Source: Candidatus Omnitrophota bacterium (GTDB lineage: Bacteria; Omnitrophota; Gorgyraeia; Duberdicusellales; 4484-171). From it: a stretch of DNA of 64,000 bases. The position numbers and the translations under genes were made by a program. The notes under the pieces were generated by a model. It was not told the origin of the DNA, did no database searches, and worked only from the letters and a program-made list of their open reading frames with translations. The stretch is from positions 64,897 through 128,896 of the forward strand of contig JAFGQU010000023.1 of assembly GCA_016935525.1 (NCBI GenBank), written 5' to 3'. Positions 10,054-20,878 of the stretch are shown piece by piece (position 1 is the first letter of the stretch; every line of letters begins with the position of its first letter).

Positions 10054-10635
10054 TTATTTGGGAATGTTTTTAAGGATCCGAAAATCGTTGGCAAGAACCG
10101 GCTTTTTATTGATATCGTACGTGACTACCGCCGGATGGAATATCGGCATGATCTTTATTTTCCCGTAAGGACTCGTCGTGATGAAAATATTACCGTGAAT
10201 CTTAGTGATTCCCTGGACTTTGGCGGCAAGTCCGAATTTACGCATGATATAGCCGGTTGAAAAATTCCCTAAACAGCAGATGACCTTAGGCTTGATGTAT
10301 TCGATCTGGGCGTCGAGATAAGGAGTACAGAGAGCTATTTCTTCATCGTGAGGGTTCCGGTTATCCGGCGGCCGGCATTTAAGGATATTCCCGATAAAGA
10401 TTTCTTGGCGCGTTAATCCCGCCAGAGCGAGCATCTCATCGAGAACTCCTCCGGCCCGGCCGCAGAAAGGACGGCCTTCTTTATCTTCGGACGCCCCCGG
10501 CGCCTCGCCGATACACATGACTTTTGCCTCCAGGCTCCCTTCGCCCGGGACGGCCTTCGTCCTGGTCTTCCCTAACGGGCACCTCTGGCACTGGCATATC
10601 GTCTGATTGAGTTTTTGAATATATTCAGGGTCCAT
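10054..10635 (-). CDS. Uracil-DNA glycosylase family 4 (4Fe-4S type)
   Basis: GEAPGASEDKEGRPFCGRAGGVLD motif and N-terminal Cys ligands. Confidence 0.8.
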   Translation of the reverse strand: MDPEYIQKLNQTICQCQRCPLGKTRTKAVPGEGSLEAKVMCIGEAPGASEDKEGRPFCGRAGGVLDEMLALAGLTRQEIFIGNILKCRPPDNRNPHDEEIALCTPYLDAQIEYIKPKVICCLGNFSTGYIMRKFGLAAKVQGITKIHGNIFITTSPYGKIKIMPIFHPAVVTYDINKKPVLANDFRILKNIPK

Positions 10636-11702
10636 GGGGATACTCCTCTTCGGTTTCTTTATAATTCACTTTTGCTTCCAGGTCGCGCAGTTGTTTCGCG
10701 ATATCTTCGAATTCGCTTTTATAGGTCTTTCTTTGTTTCAACGAGTACCCTAAATAGAGGGTTAACGGGAATACTACAAACAGGCCGCCGGTAAGTATCT
10801 GTCCCGGGTATTCTGGAAAAATAAAAAAGGAAACGATAAATAACAGCCAGCACACGACATCAGTAATCCCCGTATACAGAAGGGCCCGGGGAGTACCGCT
10901 GATGATCCGTTTGCCGGCGATGAACAGGAACGGGGCCGGGAAAAATGCGGTCGTATATGTACGCGCCAGATAAATAGTAAGCCCGCAGGCTTCCCCCAGC
11001 ATATCGCAATATATCACTTTTGCCAGGCCGTAAAAAAAGAAGATACTTCCTACGCTGCCGATCAATATCGCGTATCCTCCGAAAAGGTTACCCCATATAT
11101 CGGGGGCATGGCTTCCTTCCAGATGCCTGAGCAGTTCTTCCTGTTTTTCCTTCTGCTTTTTCATGAACAAATGGATAGAATCGCCCGATATGTCCGAAAG
11201 GGTATCTTTCTTTTTCAAAAATTCGTCTAATATTTTTTGAGAACCATATATATATTTTAACAACCATCGTACGGCAAAAAAGAGCAGTACATACCAGGAA
11301 ACATTTCTTAAAAGGTATCCCAGATATATGATTGCTCTCTCGTATACCGTGCGCTCGGGATATCGCCCGAACGCATAGATATGGATTATGGCTAACACGA
11401 TGAAAACCGCAAGCAGTATCGTCTTTACAAACTTGTTGAAGGTAAGCCCGAAAGAAGCTCTCTCCAGAATACCTAACCCGGCGATCAAGAAAAACGGCCC
11501 CGGTAAAAAAAGGATAATCGCCGCGCATACGAACTTTTGCGTACATTCGCTGCCGGGCGAGAAGATCATCGCGCCCAGAGTGGTAAACAAGCCGTAACTA
11601 AAGAAAATCGTCCCGGCTGTGCCAATGATCACCTCTATCGTACCGGCGACCTTAAGTAATAACGGAGGAGATCCCTGGGTATTATGTGAAGGAGTGTTCA
11701 TG
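10625..11702 (-). CDS. Polytopic membrane protein of unknown function with an internal tandem duplication of a module of about 3 TM helices
   Basis: The two halves are alike: GTAGTIFFSYGLFTTLGAMIFSPGSECTQ...FLPGPFFLIAGLGILE versus GSVGSIFFFYGLAKVIYCDMLGEACGL...FFPAPFLFIAGKRIIS. The likely start MNTPSHN at 11702 overlaps the treY stop (ATGA). Confidence 0.5.
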
Positions 11703-14526
11703 GTCCAGTATTGATCAATACCGCAGCCGGAAAATGGGCACACAGATCTGCGACCAAAAGGGATTTCTCCGTCAGTCGGTCTTGGTGAGTGATGCAATCG
11801 GATAATGTCCCTTCGATCCCTTCCGGTAAAAAGACCGCGGTATCATCCCATATATTTGCCCCTAACGGCCAGGCGTCCGGGCCGACAAGACGGGTAGTAA
11901 ACCGGCTCGTCACGATAATCGCCCATTGCCCTTGATGTTTCCGGGCAAAAGCCACGATACATTCTTTATATTTACCTTCGGCCCGTAACGGAATATATTC
12001 GCCTTTTTCAAAAAGGTCAGGAAACCGGCGCCTTCGATTCAGGAGTTGATAGATAAGAAATAACTTTATTTTGCCGGTTGACGCCTCTTGCCTTAATCGG
12101 CCGATAAGACTATGGATATCTTCTTTAATCCCTTTTTCTATCTCATGTAAATACTGTATCCTTTTTGAAAAATCGACCGGCCGGCGGTTATCGGGATCGA
12201 CCAGGCTTAATTCCCATAATTCCGACCCCTGATAGAAGTCGCAGACGCCGGGCGCGGCCATCTTTATCGTGACTTGAGCGAGAGAATTCAACACGCCATA
12301 GTGAGCGATGACTTTATGAAACCTTAAAAAAGAAGGTAAAAACTGGTTCGCTTCATTATCTTCAAGAAGCGCATCGATAAAATTGAGGCATACCTCTTCA
12401 TATCCTTCATCGGGTTTTACCCAGGCGCTATGCACTTTCGCTTCTCTTACCGCTTTGATGATATACTCTTTTATCCGGCGCGAATAGCCGGCGATCTCCT
12501 CTGCCTCACAAGGGTAAGACCCTAACAGTGTCTGATAAATAAAATACTCATCGTTGGCGTCCGGCATATATTCACCGTCTATTTTGCGTTTTTTGGAACG
12601 GTTTATCTTACTCCAGGCATGCAGGTACCCTTTCCATTCGGTAAAGAGTTCGGATAATACGTTTATCCGGGCCCGTACGTCTTCGCCGCGTTTGGTATCA
12701 TGCGTGGCGGTCGCGTTCATCGAATGAAGCATATGTGTGCTGCGCCATTTGTTGAATTCATGAAATTCGCTTAACATGGTCCCGGCACTGTTCGGTTCGC
12801 CGCCGACTTCGTTAAGCGAGATCAATTTATGGTACGTATAAAACGTGGTATCTTCGAATCCTTTAGCCATGATCGGCGAAGTCATCTGCTGGAACCGCAT
12901 AATAAAATGCCAGAAATCCCGTTTTTCCTCGTCGGTCAACGAATCGATCAGCCTTAAAAGCAAAAAGTTCTCGATAAAGTTAAGTTCATATTCCAAAGCC
13001 GGGGCGCTCAAACGCGCTTTCTCGATCGCTTTTTTCATGTATACACGGTCTTTTCCTTCAAAATGCTCCTGATCGATATAGGTGCGGTATACCGGAAAAA
13101 AAGTCACTACCTCCACCAACGCCCGTTTCAAACCGTAAAGGGTAATATCCCGGCCGTAGCGGTTACGTCCGGCTACTTTTTTCATAAGATAGGCGAGGTT
13201 ATCGATATCGCCCGCCATATGTTTTCCGATAATAAGCCTTTTTTTCTCACTGACCAGACGTTCGTAAGAAGTATGGAAACCGGTAAATTTATAATATAGT
13301 TTCAGGAGGTTTTTGGCGTTTTTCGGCTGGCAGAATAATCCATTCAACCGGTTCATAAAATCATACCCGGTCGTACCCTGGATATCCCAGGTTTCGGGAA
13401 GATGTTCGCCGGATGCCGATATCTTTTCGACGACCGTATACACATCTTTCGTCTCAGCTTTTAACCGGGCAAGATAGGCGTTGGGATTATACAGGCCGTC
13501 AACATGATCGATACGTAATCCCTGGATCTTATCTTCTTTAATCAACCGCAAAATAAGTCCATGAGTATAATGGAACACGTTTTCTTTCTCTACTCTTAAA
13601 GAGATGATATCGTTCACCGTAAAAAATCTTCGGTAATTCAACTCCTCCGATGCCACTTTCCAGAACGACAAACGAAAACATTGTCTCGATAGCAGTTCAT
13701 CGAGCATCGTAATACTCTCATCGTTCCCGCCGGCGGCGTTGAAGAACGAGAGATTTCCATCGACAAAGGCCTTGATCTCATCATGGGACTGGATAAAATC
13801 CCACAGCAGCTTTTTCGCGTGCCGGATATAATCATATTTTATCTTATCATCATGCAGCGAGACTTCTTTGAAGGTATCGACTAATCCGTAAAATTGAATG
13901 ACCAGCTGATTGTTGGGGCCGATCTTGTTTTTTAGTCTTTCGATATCATGCAAAAAGACATATTCATACGTATTCAATAATAACGGGAACTCTAATTCGT
14001 AATAGATGACCTTTAATCCTGCTTCGCCATAGGCCAGCTGTATTTCCCCGCTCTCTAAGGCTTCGGAATAAAATTTCCCTAAAAACGGAGCCAGTACCCG
14101 GCCTTGAAAACTTTCATAAGGATGGACCCAGTCGATATCAAAAAAATCGTAGAAGCGGGAATGTTCTCTTTGTTCAAACACATCCATCAACATGTAATTT
14201 TCTTTACTATACGCCATATGGTTCGGGACGATATCCTGAAGCCAACTCATCCCTTTCCCGTTCAATACCGCGAAAAGCTCATTAAAAGCGGCCTCACCGC
14301 CGAGTTCGGGATTAATATGGGTAGGGTCGACCACGTCGTAACCGTGAGGGCTCCCCGGACGCGGGGTAAATATGGGTGACGCATAGATATGAGAGACTCC
14401 TAAGGCGTGAAGGTAAGAGACTATTCCTTTCGCCGCGGGAAACGTAAACCCTGAGTTAAATTGAATTCGATAGGTCGCGCTCGGTATACGCATATATTCA
14501 GCCGGTCCGTATCCTAAGATATTCAC
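11698..14526 (-). CDS. treY: Malto-oligosyltrehalose synthase (GH13)
   Basis: The N-terminus ATYRIQFNSGFTF...GVSHIYASPIF..PGSPHGYDVVDP is diagnostic of TreY, and the length (942 aa) fits. Confidence 0.85.
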   Translation of the reverse strand: MNILGYGPAEYMRIPSATYRIQFNSGFTFPAAKGIVSYLHALGVSHIYASPIFTPRPGSPHGYDVVDPTHINPELGGEAAFNELFAVLNGKGMSWLQDIVPNHMAYSKENYMLMDVFEQREHSRFYDFFDIDWVHPYESFQGRVLAPFLGKFYSEALESGEIQLAYGEAGLKVIYYELEFPLLLNTYEYVFLHDIERLKNKIGPNNQLVIQFYGLVDTFKEVSLHDDKIKYDYIRHAKKLLWDFIQSHDEIKAFVDGNLSFFNAAGGNDESITMLDELLSRQCFRLSFWKVASEELNYRRFFTVNDIISLRVEKENVFHYTHGLILRLIKEDKIQGLRIDHVDGLYNPNAYLARLKAETKDVYTVVEKISASGEHLPETWDIQGTTGYDFMNRLNGLFCQPKNAKNLLKLYYKFTGFHTSYERLVSEKKRLIIGKHMAGDIDNLAYLMKKVAGRNRYGRDITLYGLKRALVEVVTFFPVYRTYIDQEHFEGKDRVYMKKAIEKARLSAPALEYELNFIENFLLLRLIDSLTDEEKRDFWHFIMRFQQMTSPIMAKGFEDTTFYTYHKLISLNEVGGEPNSAGTMLSEFHEFNKWRSTHMLHSMNATATHDTKRGEDVRARINVLSELFTEWKGYLHAWSKINRSKKRKIDGEYMPDANDEYFIYQTLLGSYPCEAEEIAGYSRRIKEYIIKAVREAKVHSAWVKPDEGYEEVCLNFIDALLEDNEANQFLPSFLRFHKVIAHYGVLNSLAQVTIKMAAPGVCDFYQGSELWELSLVDPDNRRPVDFSKRIQYLHEIEKGIKEDIHSLIGRLRQEASTGKIKLFLIYQLLNRRRRFPDLFEKGEYIPLRAEGKYKECIVAFARKHQGQWAIIVTSRFTTRLVGPDAWPLGANIWDDTAVFLPEGIEGTLSDCITHQDRLTEKSLLVADLCAHFPAAVLINTGP

Positions 14527-16921
14527 CTAACGGATTAAAAGCGTCTAACCAGCCTTGAGCGGTTTTATCGTTCTGGTCTGCTTTCTCCTGCATCGTTTTG
14601 GCAAAATTCTTCTTTACCGAAAAATAAAGGTTTTGTACTTTCCAGAGGTTGATCGTCAATCCTAAAGGACCGAGCACATCAATCAATGACCGGACGATCT
14701 GCATCGGATAGATCTCCTGCGGAGACTTATAAAACTGTTTCATCAGCGTCTCGATCTTCTGACCTACCCGAAACCCCAAGGTCACCTTATCTACGGTAAG
14801 ATCCCATTCCTGGATATCGGCAATCAATCCTTTAAGCTTGGCGGAATCTAATTCGTCGTTATCGATACAATTCATCAGGTCGATATTGAATGTCGCCGAA
14901 AGCGTGCTGGCCAATATCGTAGGTAAAGGCATATTCAATTGTTTCAGTACCGAAAGTATCGGATAATGCTGGTCACTGATCTGTTTAAGCGAAGATTCGA
15001 TACCGGAGATCGTCGATGCGATGATCTGATAGAGGATCTTGCGTTGTTCGTCTTTAAACAAATGCCATAGAGTATAATGGACGTCGGGGAAAAACTGTTC
15101 GATCATCTTTAATGTCCCGGGGATATCGCCTTTCTCGAAAGACCCGCTGATTTCCTCTTTCATTTTTAAAAAATCTTCATGATCACGGGACGGCAATACT
15201 CCGCCGAAAAAGTTGTGGTCACCCAGATGCAGGACCGCGAAATCCACAGAAGTTTCTTCCTGCGTGATCTTTGAAAATATATCGGCTTTGCCGATGACAA
15301 GTCTGCTTTTACCGGATTCTTTCAGAATATATTCCTGATTCTTCACCGTATAACAATAAAGTGTCGTTACGTCTTGATGCTCGTTGAATAACGAAGATAT
15401 CGCGTAATGGGCGCCGACCCGGTTAAAGTCAAGGATGAACGGTTTCACGAAATATTCATAGGCGTATTTAGCGTTCCCGTACCGGGCGATATTACTGGGC
15501 ACTTTTTCCAGAAGAGTTATGAACGTCTCCTCCAGCGGCGCCCCGATAAGGTCATGGGCAAGCTGGATAGCTCTTGCGGCATAAAGAATGATCTGGACGG
15601 TCTCGATACCGCTCACCTCATCAAAAAACCATCCGCAACTGGTATACATCAGCATCGCCTGACGTTGCATCTCAAGCAGTTTTAGAGTTTTGATGCGTTC
15701 GGCTTTATTCAGTGGCCTGACCTGATGGGCCTTAAAAAACGCATCGATATTTTCCGGCGAACGGTCCAAAATCACGTCAATATACGCGTCACGCGCGCCC
15801 CAGGCATCTTTTACCAATGCCGTCATCTGTTCTTCATAGATATGTGCCAGATTATCGCGTAACCAATCAAGCGCGCCCCTGAGCGGCGCGCGCCACTCCT
15901 GGTTCCACTGGGGATGTCCTCCGGAATTACAACCGCAGTTGTTCCGCCAGCGTTCAATACCATGGATACAACTCCATGAAGAGTTTTCATAAATCTCTAC
16001 TTCAAACTGGGAAGGATGATTTTCAAGATATTCGCTATAAATAGTGATCCGGGCAAAATCATTATTGCGGATATAATCAATACAATAAGCCAGCCCCATA
16101 TCCCCGTCACGATGATGGTGCCCGTAGGTCTCGCCGTCGGTAGCGATATGGACCAACTGGTCTTCTTCGGACGATAAAAACACTCCTAATAACCGGCCGG
16201 CAAAATCTTCGCCTTTAGACAACAACCCTTCAAACGCTACGCCTTGTGAGACCGGGCCGTCATAGAAAAAAAGCGTGATCGCTCGACCGGAAGGTAACGC
16301 GCATTGGTAGGGATGACGCGGGTCTATTTTTGAACCGCTTATATCTTTCCAGCGTTTATCGCCGATCTTGCGCATCCGTTTTGCCTGGCGCGGAGCAAGA
16401 ATAGTAAACTTGATCCCGCAGGAAGCCAGCATATCCAGAGTCTCGATGTCGACCGCGGTCTCAGGCAGCCACATACCTTGAGGTTTCCTTTTAAACCGGT
16501 ATTCAAAATCTTTTATGCCCCATACTATCTGAGTATATTTGTCCCGCGATGTAGCCAGCGGCAGGATCATATGGTTATAACCTTGGGCTAATGCCGATCC
16601 GTGGCCGGAAAAATTTTTCTGGCTCTCTTTATCGGCGGAAAGGAGCGCCTGATACACTTCCGGCTCTTTTTTTGCCATCCAGGAAAGCAGGGTCGGTCCG
16701 AAATTAAAACTGATATTCGAGTAGTTGCTCATGATATCGGTGATCTTACCGCCTTCTCCCAAGATCCGGGCGGTAGAATTCGGCGCGTAACATTCGGCGG
16801 TGACCCGTTCGTTCCAGTCATGGTAAGGGTACGCCGAATCCTGCCGTTCGACTTCTTCTAACCAGGGATTTTCCCGCGGCGGTTGATAAAAATGCCCGTG
16901 AATACAGATATATTTATTCAT
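14498..16921 (-). CDS. Glycoside hydrolase family 57 protein with a long C-terminal (DUF3536-like) domain
   Basis: The N-terminal HGHFYQPPRE motif is the GH57 signature. At 807 aa it matches the GH57-plus-C-terminal-domain architecture. Confidence 0.7.
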   Translation of the reverse strand: MNKYICIHGHFYQPPRENPWLEEVERQDSAYPYHDWNERVTAECYAPNSTARILGEGGKITDIMSNYSNISFNFGPTLLSWMAKKEPEVYQALLSADKESQKNFSGHGSALAQGYNHMILPLATSRDKYTQIVWGIKDFEYRFKRKPQGMWLPETAVDIETLDMLASCGIKFTILAPRQAKRMRKIGDKRWKDISGSKIDPRHPYQCALPSGRAITLFFYDGPVSQGVAFEGLLSKGEDFAGRLLGVFLSSEEDQLVHIATDGETYGHHHRDGDMGLAYCIDYIRNNDFARITIYSEYLENHPSQFEVEIYENSSWSCIHGIERWRNNCGCNSGGHPQWNQEWRAPLRGALDWLRDNLAHIYEEQMTALVKDAWGARDAYIDVILDRSPENIDAFFKAHQVRPLNKAERIKTLKLLEMQRQAMLMYTSCGWFFDEVSGIETVQIILYAARAIQLAHDLIGAPLEETFITLLEKVPSNIARYGNAKYAYEYFVKPFILDFNRVGAHYAISSLFNEHQDVTTLYCYTVKNQEYILKESGKSRLVIGKADIFSKITQEETSVDFAVLHLGDHNFFGGVLPSRDHEDFLKMKEEISGSFEKGDIPGTLKMIEQFFPDVHYTLWHLFKDEQRKILYQIIASTISGIESSLKQISDQHYPILSVLKQLNMPLPTILASTLSATFNIDLMNCIDNDELDSAKLKGLIADIQEWDLTVDKVTLGFRVGQKIETLMKQFYKSPQEIYPMQIVRSLIDVLGPLGLTINLWKVQNLYFSVKKNFAKTMQEKADQNDKTAQGWLDAFNPLGEYLRIRTG

Positions 16922-18747
16922 TTTGAGACCTCGGTTTTATAGACGACGAGACTTAAAGGGTTCATCGTCACATTTCCTCCGGATTCGACCGTTTCCGGCG
17001 ATACCGAACCCGGACCTTGCCACTTTTGATGAGAAGAATCAAGAATACACGTCATCCTTCCGGTTACATTATCGCACGGATATACCTCTTCGTTTGAAGA
17101 AAAATTCATAAGAGTAATCGTTTCACTGCTCTTTGAGTTCCGAATAAGCGCCATTACCTCCGGTGAAGCACAACAGGTTTTAATCCCTTCCCGGCTCGAT
17201 TCAGCAAACGCGGCGACAGTTTTACGTAACCTTATCAGTTCCTGATAAAAAGAAAACATGACCGCGTGTTGACCTCGCGCGACTTCTTCCCATTTCAGTT
17301 TCGATAAGTTAAACGTCGCTTCGCTCTGCGGATCCGGCGGTTCGGCTTGCCAACCGAAAGAAGCGAATTCTTTTTTACGTCCGGTACGTACCGCTTCGAC
17401 TAATTGAGTATCGAGATGGCTGATAAAATAAAGGAAGGGGCTGGATGAGGCGAACTCTTCACCCATAAACAACATCGGGATATAAGGAGAAAGGATCATA
17501 CATCCGGCGGCAAGTTTTAACGCTTCAAAATCCACAAGGTGCCCTATACGCTTCCCTTCGATACGGTTTCCGACCTGATCGTGATTCTGGATAAATACAA
17601 TAAACTTATCCGGGGCGATGTCGCGGGAAGAACTGCCGAAATATTTTTTCCGGCAGCAAGAATAATCCCAAGAATACACAAACCCTTCCCGCTCACATTT
17701 CTCCAACTGTTCGAGTCTTCCGAAATCGGCGTAATAGCCCGCGGATTCTTTAGTAAGTAATGTACGTAACGAATGATGAAAATCATCGAGCCATTGAGCG
17801 TCTATGGCGTAGCCGCCTTTTTCTTTTTCTCGGACTACCCGTACGTCGTTAAGATCACTTTCGGCGATGAGATAACACTTTCTTTTCTGTTTTCGGGAAA
17901 ACTCTTCGACTCTTTCAGCCATCTCTTCTAAGATATGTTTCGCGCCGAAATCGTAAATACCGTGTATCGCGTCAAGCCTGAGGACGTCGATATGGTAATA
18001 CTTAAACCAATACAACGCGTTTTCGATAAAATAATCTCTCACTTTATCGCTCATCGCACTGTCAAAATTCACCGCTTTTCCCCAGGGTGTCCGGTATCGG
18101 TCGGTAAAGTACGGGCCGAAATCAGACAAATAATTCCCCTCCGGTCCCAGATGGTTATAGACCACATCAAGGATCACGGCAAACCCGGCACAATGGGCTT
18201 TATCGATAAACTTCTTGAGATTTTCCGGGCCGCCGTAAGAGTTTTGAACACTGAACGGATAAACCCCGTCATAGCCCCAATTACGCTCACCCGGGAACTG
18301 TGAAACCGGCATGATCTCAATAGTATTGATCCCCAGTTGTTTAAAATGGTCGAATTTACCGAGGATCGCTCCGAATGTGCCTTCGGGAGTAAAGGTTCCT
18401 ACGTGCAATTCATAGATAATCATCTCAGAAACGGCAATCCCTTCCCACCCCTGATCGTTCCAAGAAAAACTATTATGATCGATAATACCCGACGGGTTAT
18501 GGACCCCTTCGGGCTGAAAACTTGATACCGGGTCCGGCCGATCTATCCGGCCGTCGAGTACATACACATACGTACTTTCCGGAGAGATCCCCCCGCTTTG
18601 GGCGTGCCAGTAACCGCGGTCATCTTTTTCCATCGGGATAATACGTTCAGAAGGTGAGATTATTTTGAGAGCGACCGAATCACGCTGGGGAGCCCACACG
18701 CACCACTGACACTGCCCGTTACCTGAATAATGAGCGCCTATTCGCAT
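16918..18747 (-). CDS. treZ: Malto-oligosyltrehalose trehalohydrolase (GH13)
   Basis: N-terminal E-set domain, GH13 catalytic regions (GFAVILDVVYNH, LRLDAIHGIYD) and a length typical of TreZ. Confidence 0.85.
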   Translation of the reverse strand: MRIGAHYSGNGQCQWCVWAPQRDSVALKIISPSERIIPMEKDDRGYWHAQSGGISPESTYVYVLDGRIDRPDPVSSFQPEGVHNPSGIIDHNSFSWNDQGWEGIAVSEMIIYELHVGTFTPEGTFGAILGKFDHFKQLGINTIEIMPVSQFPGERNWGYDGVYPFSVQNSYGGPENLKKFIDKAHCAGFAVILDVVYNHLGPEGNYLSDFGPYFTDRYRTPWGKAVNFDSAMSDKVRDYFIENALYWFKYYHIDVLRLDAIHGIYDFGAKHILEEMAERVEEFSRKQKRKCYLIAESDLNDVRVVREKEKGGYAIDAQWLDDFHHSLRTLLTKESAGYYADFGRLEQLEKCEREGFVYSWDYSCCRKKYFGSSSRDIAPDKFIVFIQNHDQVGNRIEGKRIGHLVDFEALKLAAGCMILSPYIPMLFMGEEFASSSPFLYFISHLDTQLVEAVRTGRKKEFASFGWQAEPPDPQSEATFNLSKLKWEEVARGQHAVMFSFYQELIRLRKTVAAFAESSREGIKTCCASPEVMALIRNSKSSETITLMNFSSNEEVYPCDNVTGRMTCILDSSHQKWQGPGSVSPETVESGGNVTMNPLSLVVYKTEVSK

Positions 18748-20678
18748 GAAGTTTTCGGTTGATACTTGAAAAAAACTGCCGCAAGCGGCGGAACGGTTAT
18801 GGAAAGAGAATAATGCCCGCCAGGCAAAGGTTCAACGGATGATTCCACTCCCCCTAAATTACCCTGGCCACTGCCGCCATATTCTTTCGCGTCACTATTG
18901 AGCATTTCTTTCCAGTATCCTCCGCAGGGAACACGCAGGGTATACCCGGAATGAGGTACGGGAGTAAAATTACATACGACCAGTATCGGCGGACTTTCCG
19001 AGAGCGGCTTACGGATGAAACTCAACACACTGCGTTGCCAGTCATGGCAGTCGATCCACTGGAATCCTTCGTGATGAAAATCATTTTCATACAGTGCCGG
19101 CTCATTTTTATAGAAAGCATTCAGTTCTCTGACCCAGCGCTGCAGGTCCCGGTGCGGGGCATACTCTAACACATACCATTCCAGTTCCTTTTCGTGGTTC
19201 CATTCGGCCCGCTGGCCGAATTCCTGGCCCATAAACATAAGTTTCTTGCCGGGATGGCCGTACATATACCCGTACAGCAGCCGCATATTGGCGAATTTCT
19301 GCCAATCATCTCCGGGCATTTTATTTACCAGGGAACCTTTTCCGTGGACGACTTCATCATGAGAAAAAGGAAGCATAAAATTTTCGGTGAAAGCATACAG
19401 CATACTGAACGTAAGTTCGCCATGATGATGCTTACGGTAAAGCGGATCTTGAGAAAAATACGCCAACGTATCATGCATCCAGCCCATATTCCATTTCATC
19501 CCAAACCCCAGACCTCCATCCGACGTCGGCCGCGATACGAGCGGCCAGGCGGTCGATTCTTCAGCGATCATCTGCACATCGGGATATTTTTCATATACCA
19601 CTTCGTTAAGACGGCGCAGAAAATCTATCGCTTCGATATTTTCCCTGCCGCCATACCGGTTAGGCACCCATTCTCCGTTATTCCGGGAATAATCAAGATA
19701 CAACATCGATGCGACCGCGTCGACTCTTAATCCGTCGATATGATATTTATCAAACCAGAACAACGCGCTGGAAATAAGGAAACTGCGCACTTCGGTACGT
19801 CCATAATTAAAAATATAACTTTTCCAGTCGGGATGGAACCCTTTGCGGCGATCGGCATGTTCATAGAGATGGGTACCGTCGAAATAGACAAGCCCGTGGC
19901 CGTCGGATACGAAATGCGAAGGGACCCAGTCAAAGATCACGCCGAACCCGTTCTCGTGAAGTTTATCGATGAGATACATCAACTCCTGCGGCGTACCATA
20001 GCGGCTCGTTGCCGCGAAATACCCGATGATCTGATATCCCCAGGACCCATAGAACGGATGTTCCATAAGCGGAAGGAATTCCACATGAGTATAGCCCATA
20101 TCTTTTAAATAACGGATAAGTTCAGAGGCCATTTCGCGGTAAGTTAAAGAGCAGTTATGTTCCTCATGACGTTTACGCCAGGACCCGAAATGTATCTCAT
20201 AGATAGAAATCGGCGCTCCGGACGCGTTCTTTTTACGGCGATTCCTCATCCAGCGGGCATCCTGCCACTGGTAATCAAGCCCCCAGACGACCGAAGCCGT
20301 CTGAGGCGGGACTTCTGAAAAAAAAGCAAACGGATCGGTCTTATCGGTACGGTAATCATTGTGCTGTGAAACGATATGATATTTATAGACCTCGCCGGAG
20401 CCGATACCGGGGATAAATCCTTCCCAAATGCCGGAGGCGTCGTCACGGATACTAAGCGGGTGAGCCTGGTCGTTCCATTGGTTAAAATTCCCGATGACAC
20501 TGACCGATTTGGCATTAGGAGCCCACACGGCAAAATACGTACCCGCTATTCCGTCATGAGTGATGAGATGCGCGCCCATCTTGTCATAAAGACGGGCCTG
20601 GTTCCCTTCCCGGAAAAGATACACATCTTCCGGAGAGAATAAACTTACTCCTGACATTACCTGTCCGATCTGAGCCAT
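18738..20678 (-). CDS. glgB: 1,4-alpha-glucan branching enzyme (GH13)
   Basis: Conserved regions GFGVIFDWVPSHF, GLRVDAVASMLY and EESTAWP. Confidence 0.9.
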   Translation of the reverse strand: MAQIGQVMSGVSLFSPEDVYLFREGNQARLYDKMGAHLITHDGIAGTYFAVWAPNAKSVSVIGNFNQWNDQAHPLSIRDDASGIWEGFIPGIGSGEVYKYHIVSQHNDYRTDKTDPFAFFSEVPPQTASVVWGLDYQWQDARWMRNRRKKNASGAPISIYEIHFGSWRKRHEEHNCSLTYREMASELIRYLKDMGYTHVEFLPLMEHPFYGSWGYQIIGYFAATSRYGTPQELMYLIDKLHENGFGVIFDWVPSHFVSDGHGLVYFDGTHLYEHADRRKGFHPDWKSYIFNYGRTEVRSFLISSALFWFDKYHIDGLRVDAVASMLYLDYSRNNGEWVPNRYGGRENIEAIDFLRRLNEVVYEKYPDVQMIAEESTAWPLVSRPTSDGGLGFGMKWNMGWMHDTLAYFSQDPLYRKHHHGELTFSMLYAFTENFMLPFSHDEVVHGKGSLVNKMPGDDWQKFANMRLLYGYMYGHPGKKLMFMGQEFGQRAEWNHEKELEWYVLEYAPHRDLQRWVRELNAFYKNEPALYENDFHHEGFQWIDCHDWQRSVLSFIRKPLSESPPILVVCNFTPVPHSGYTLRVPCGGYWKEMLNSDAKEYGGSGQGNLGGVESSVEPLPGGHYSLSITVPPLAAVFFKYQPKTSCE

Positions 20679-20878
20679 AAATGACTTTCGCGTGAGCCGG
20701 ATTTTACTTTAATGACTATAGTTAAAATGCGAAAAAGTTGATATCTATAAAATAATATTTTCTTCAGCAGTGAAACGCACGACAGTATCGAGGAATGGGT
20801 GGACCTAAAAAAGGCCTTATGTATTTATTATTTTAACACGTTTAAGGCAGTTCACAAGGAAGTTTTACGGCAACTGGC

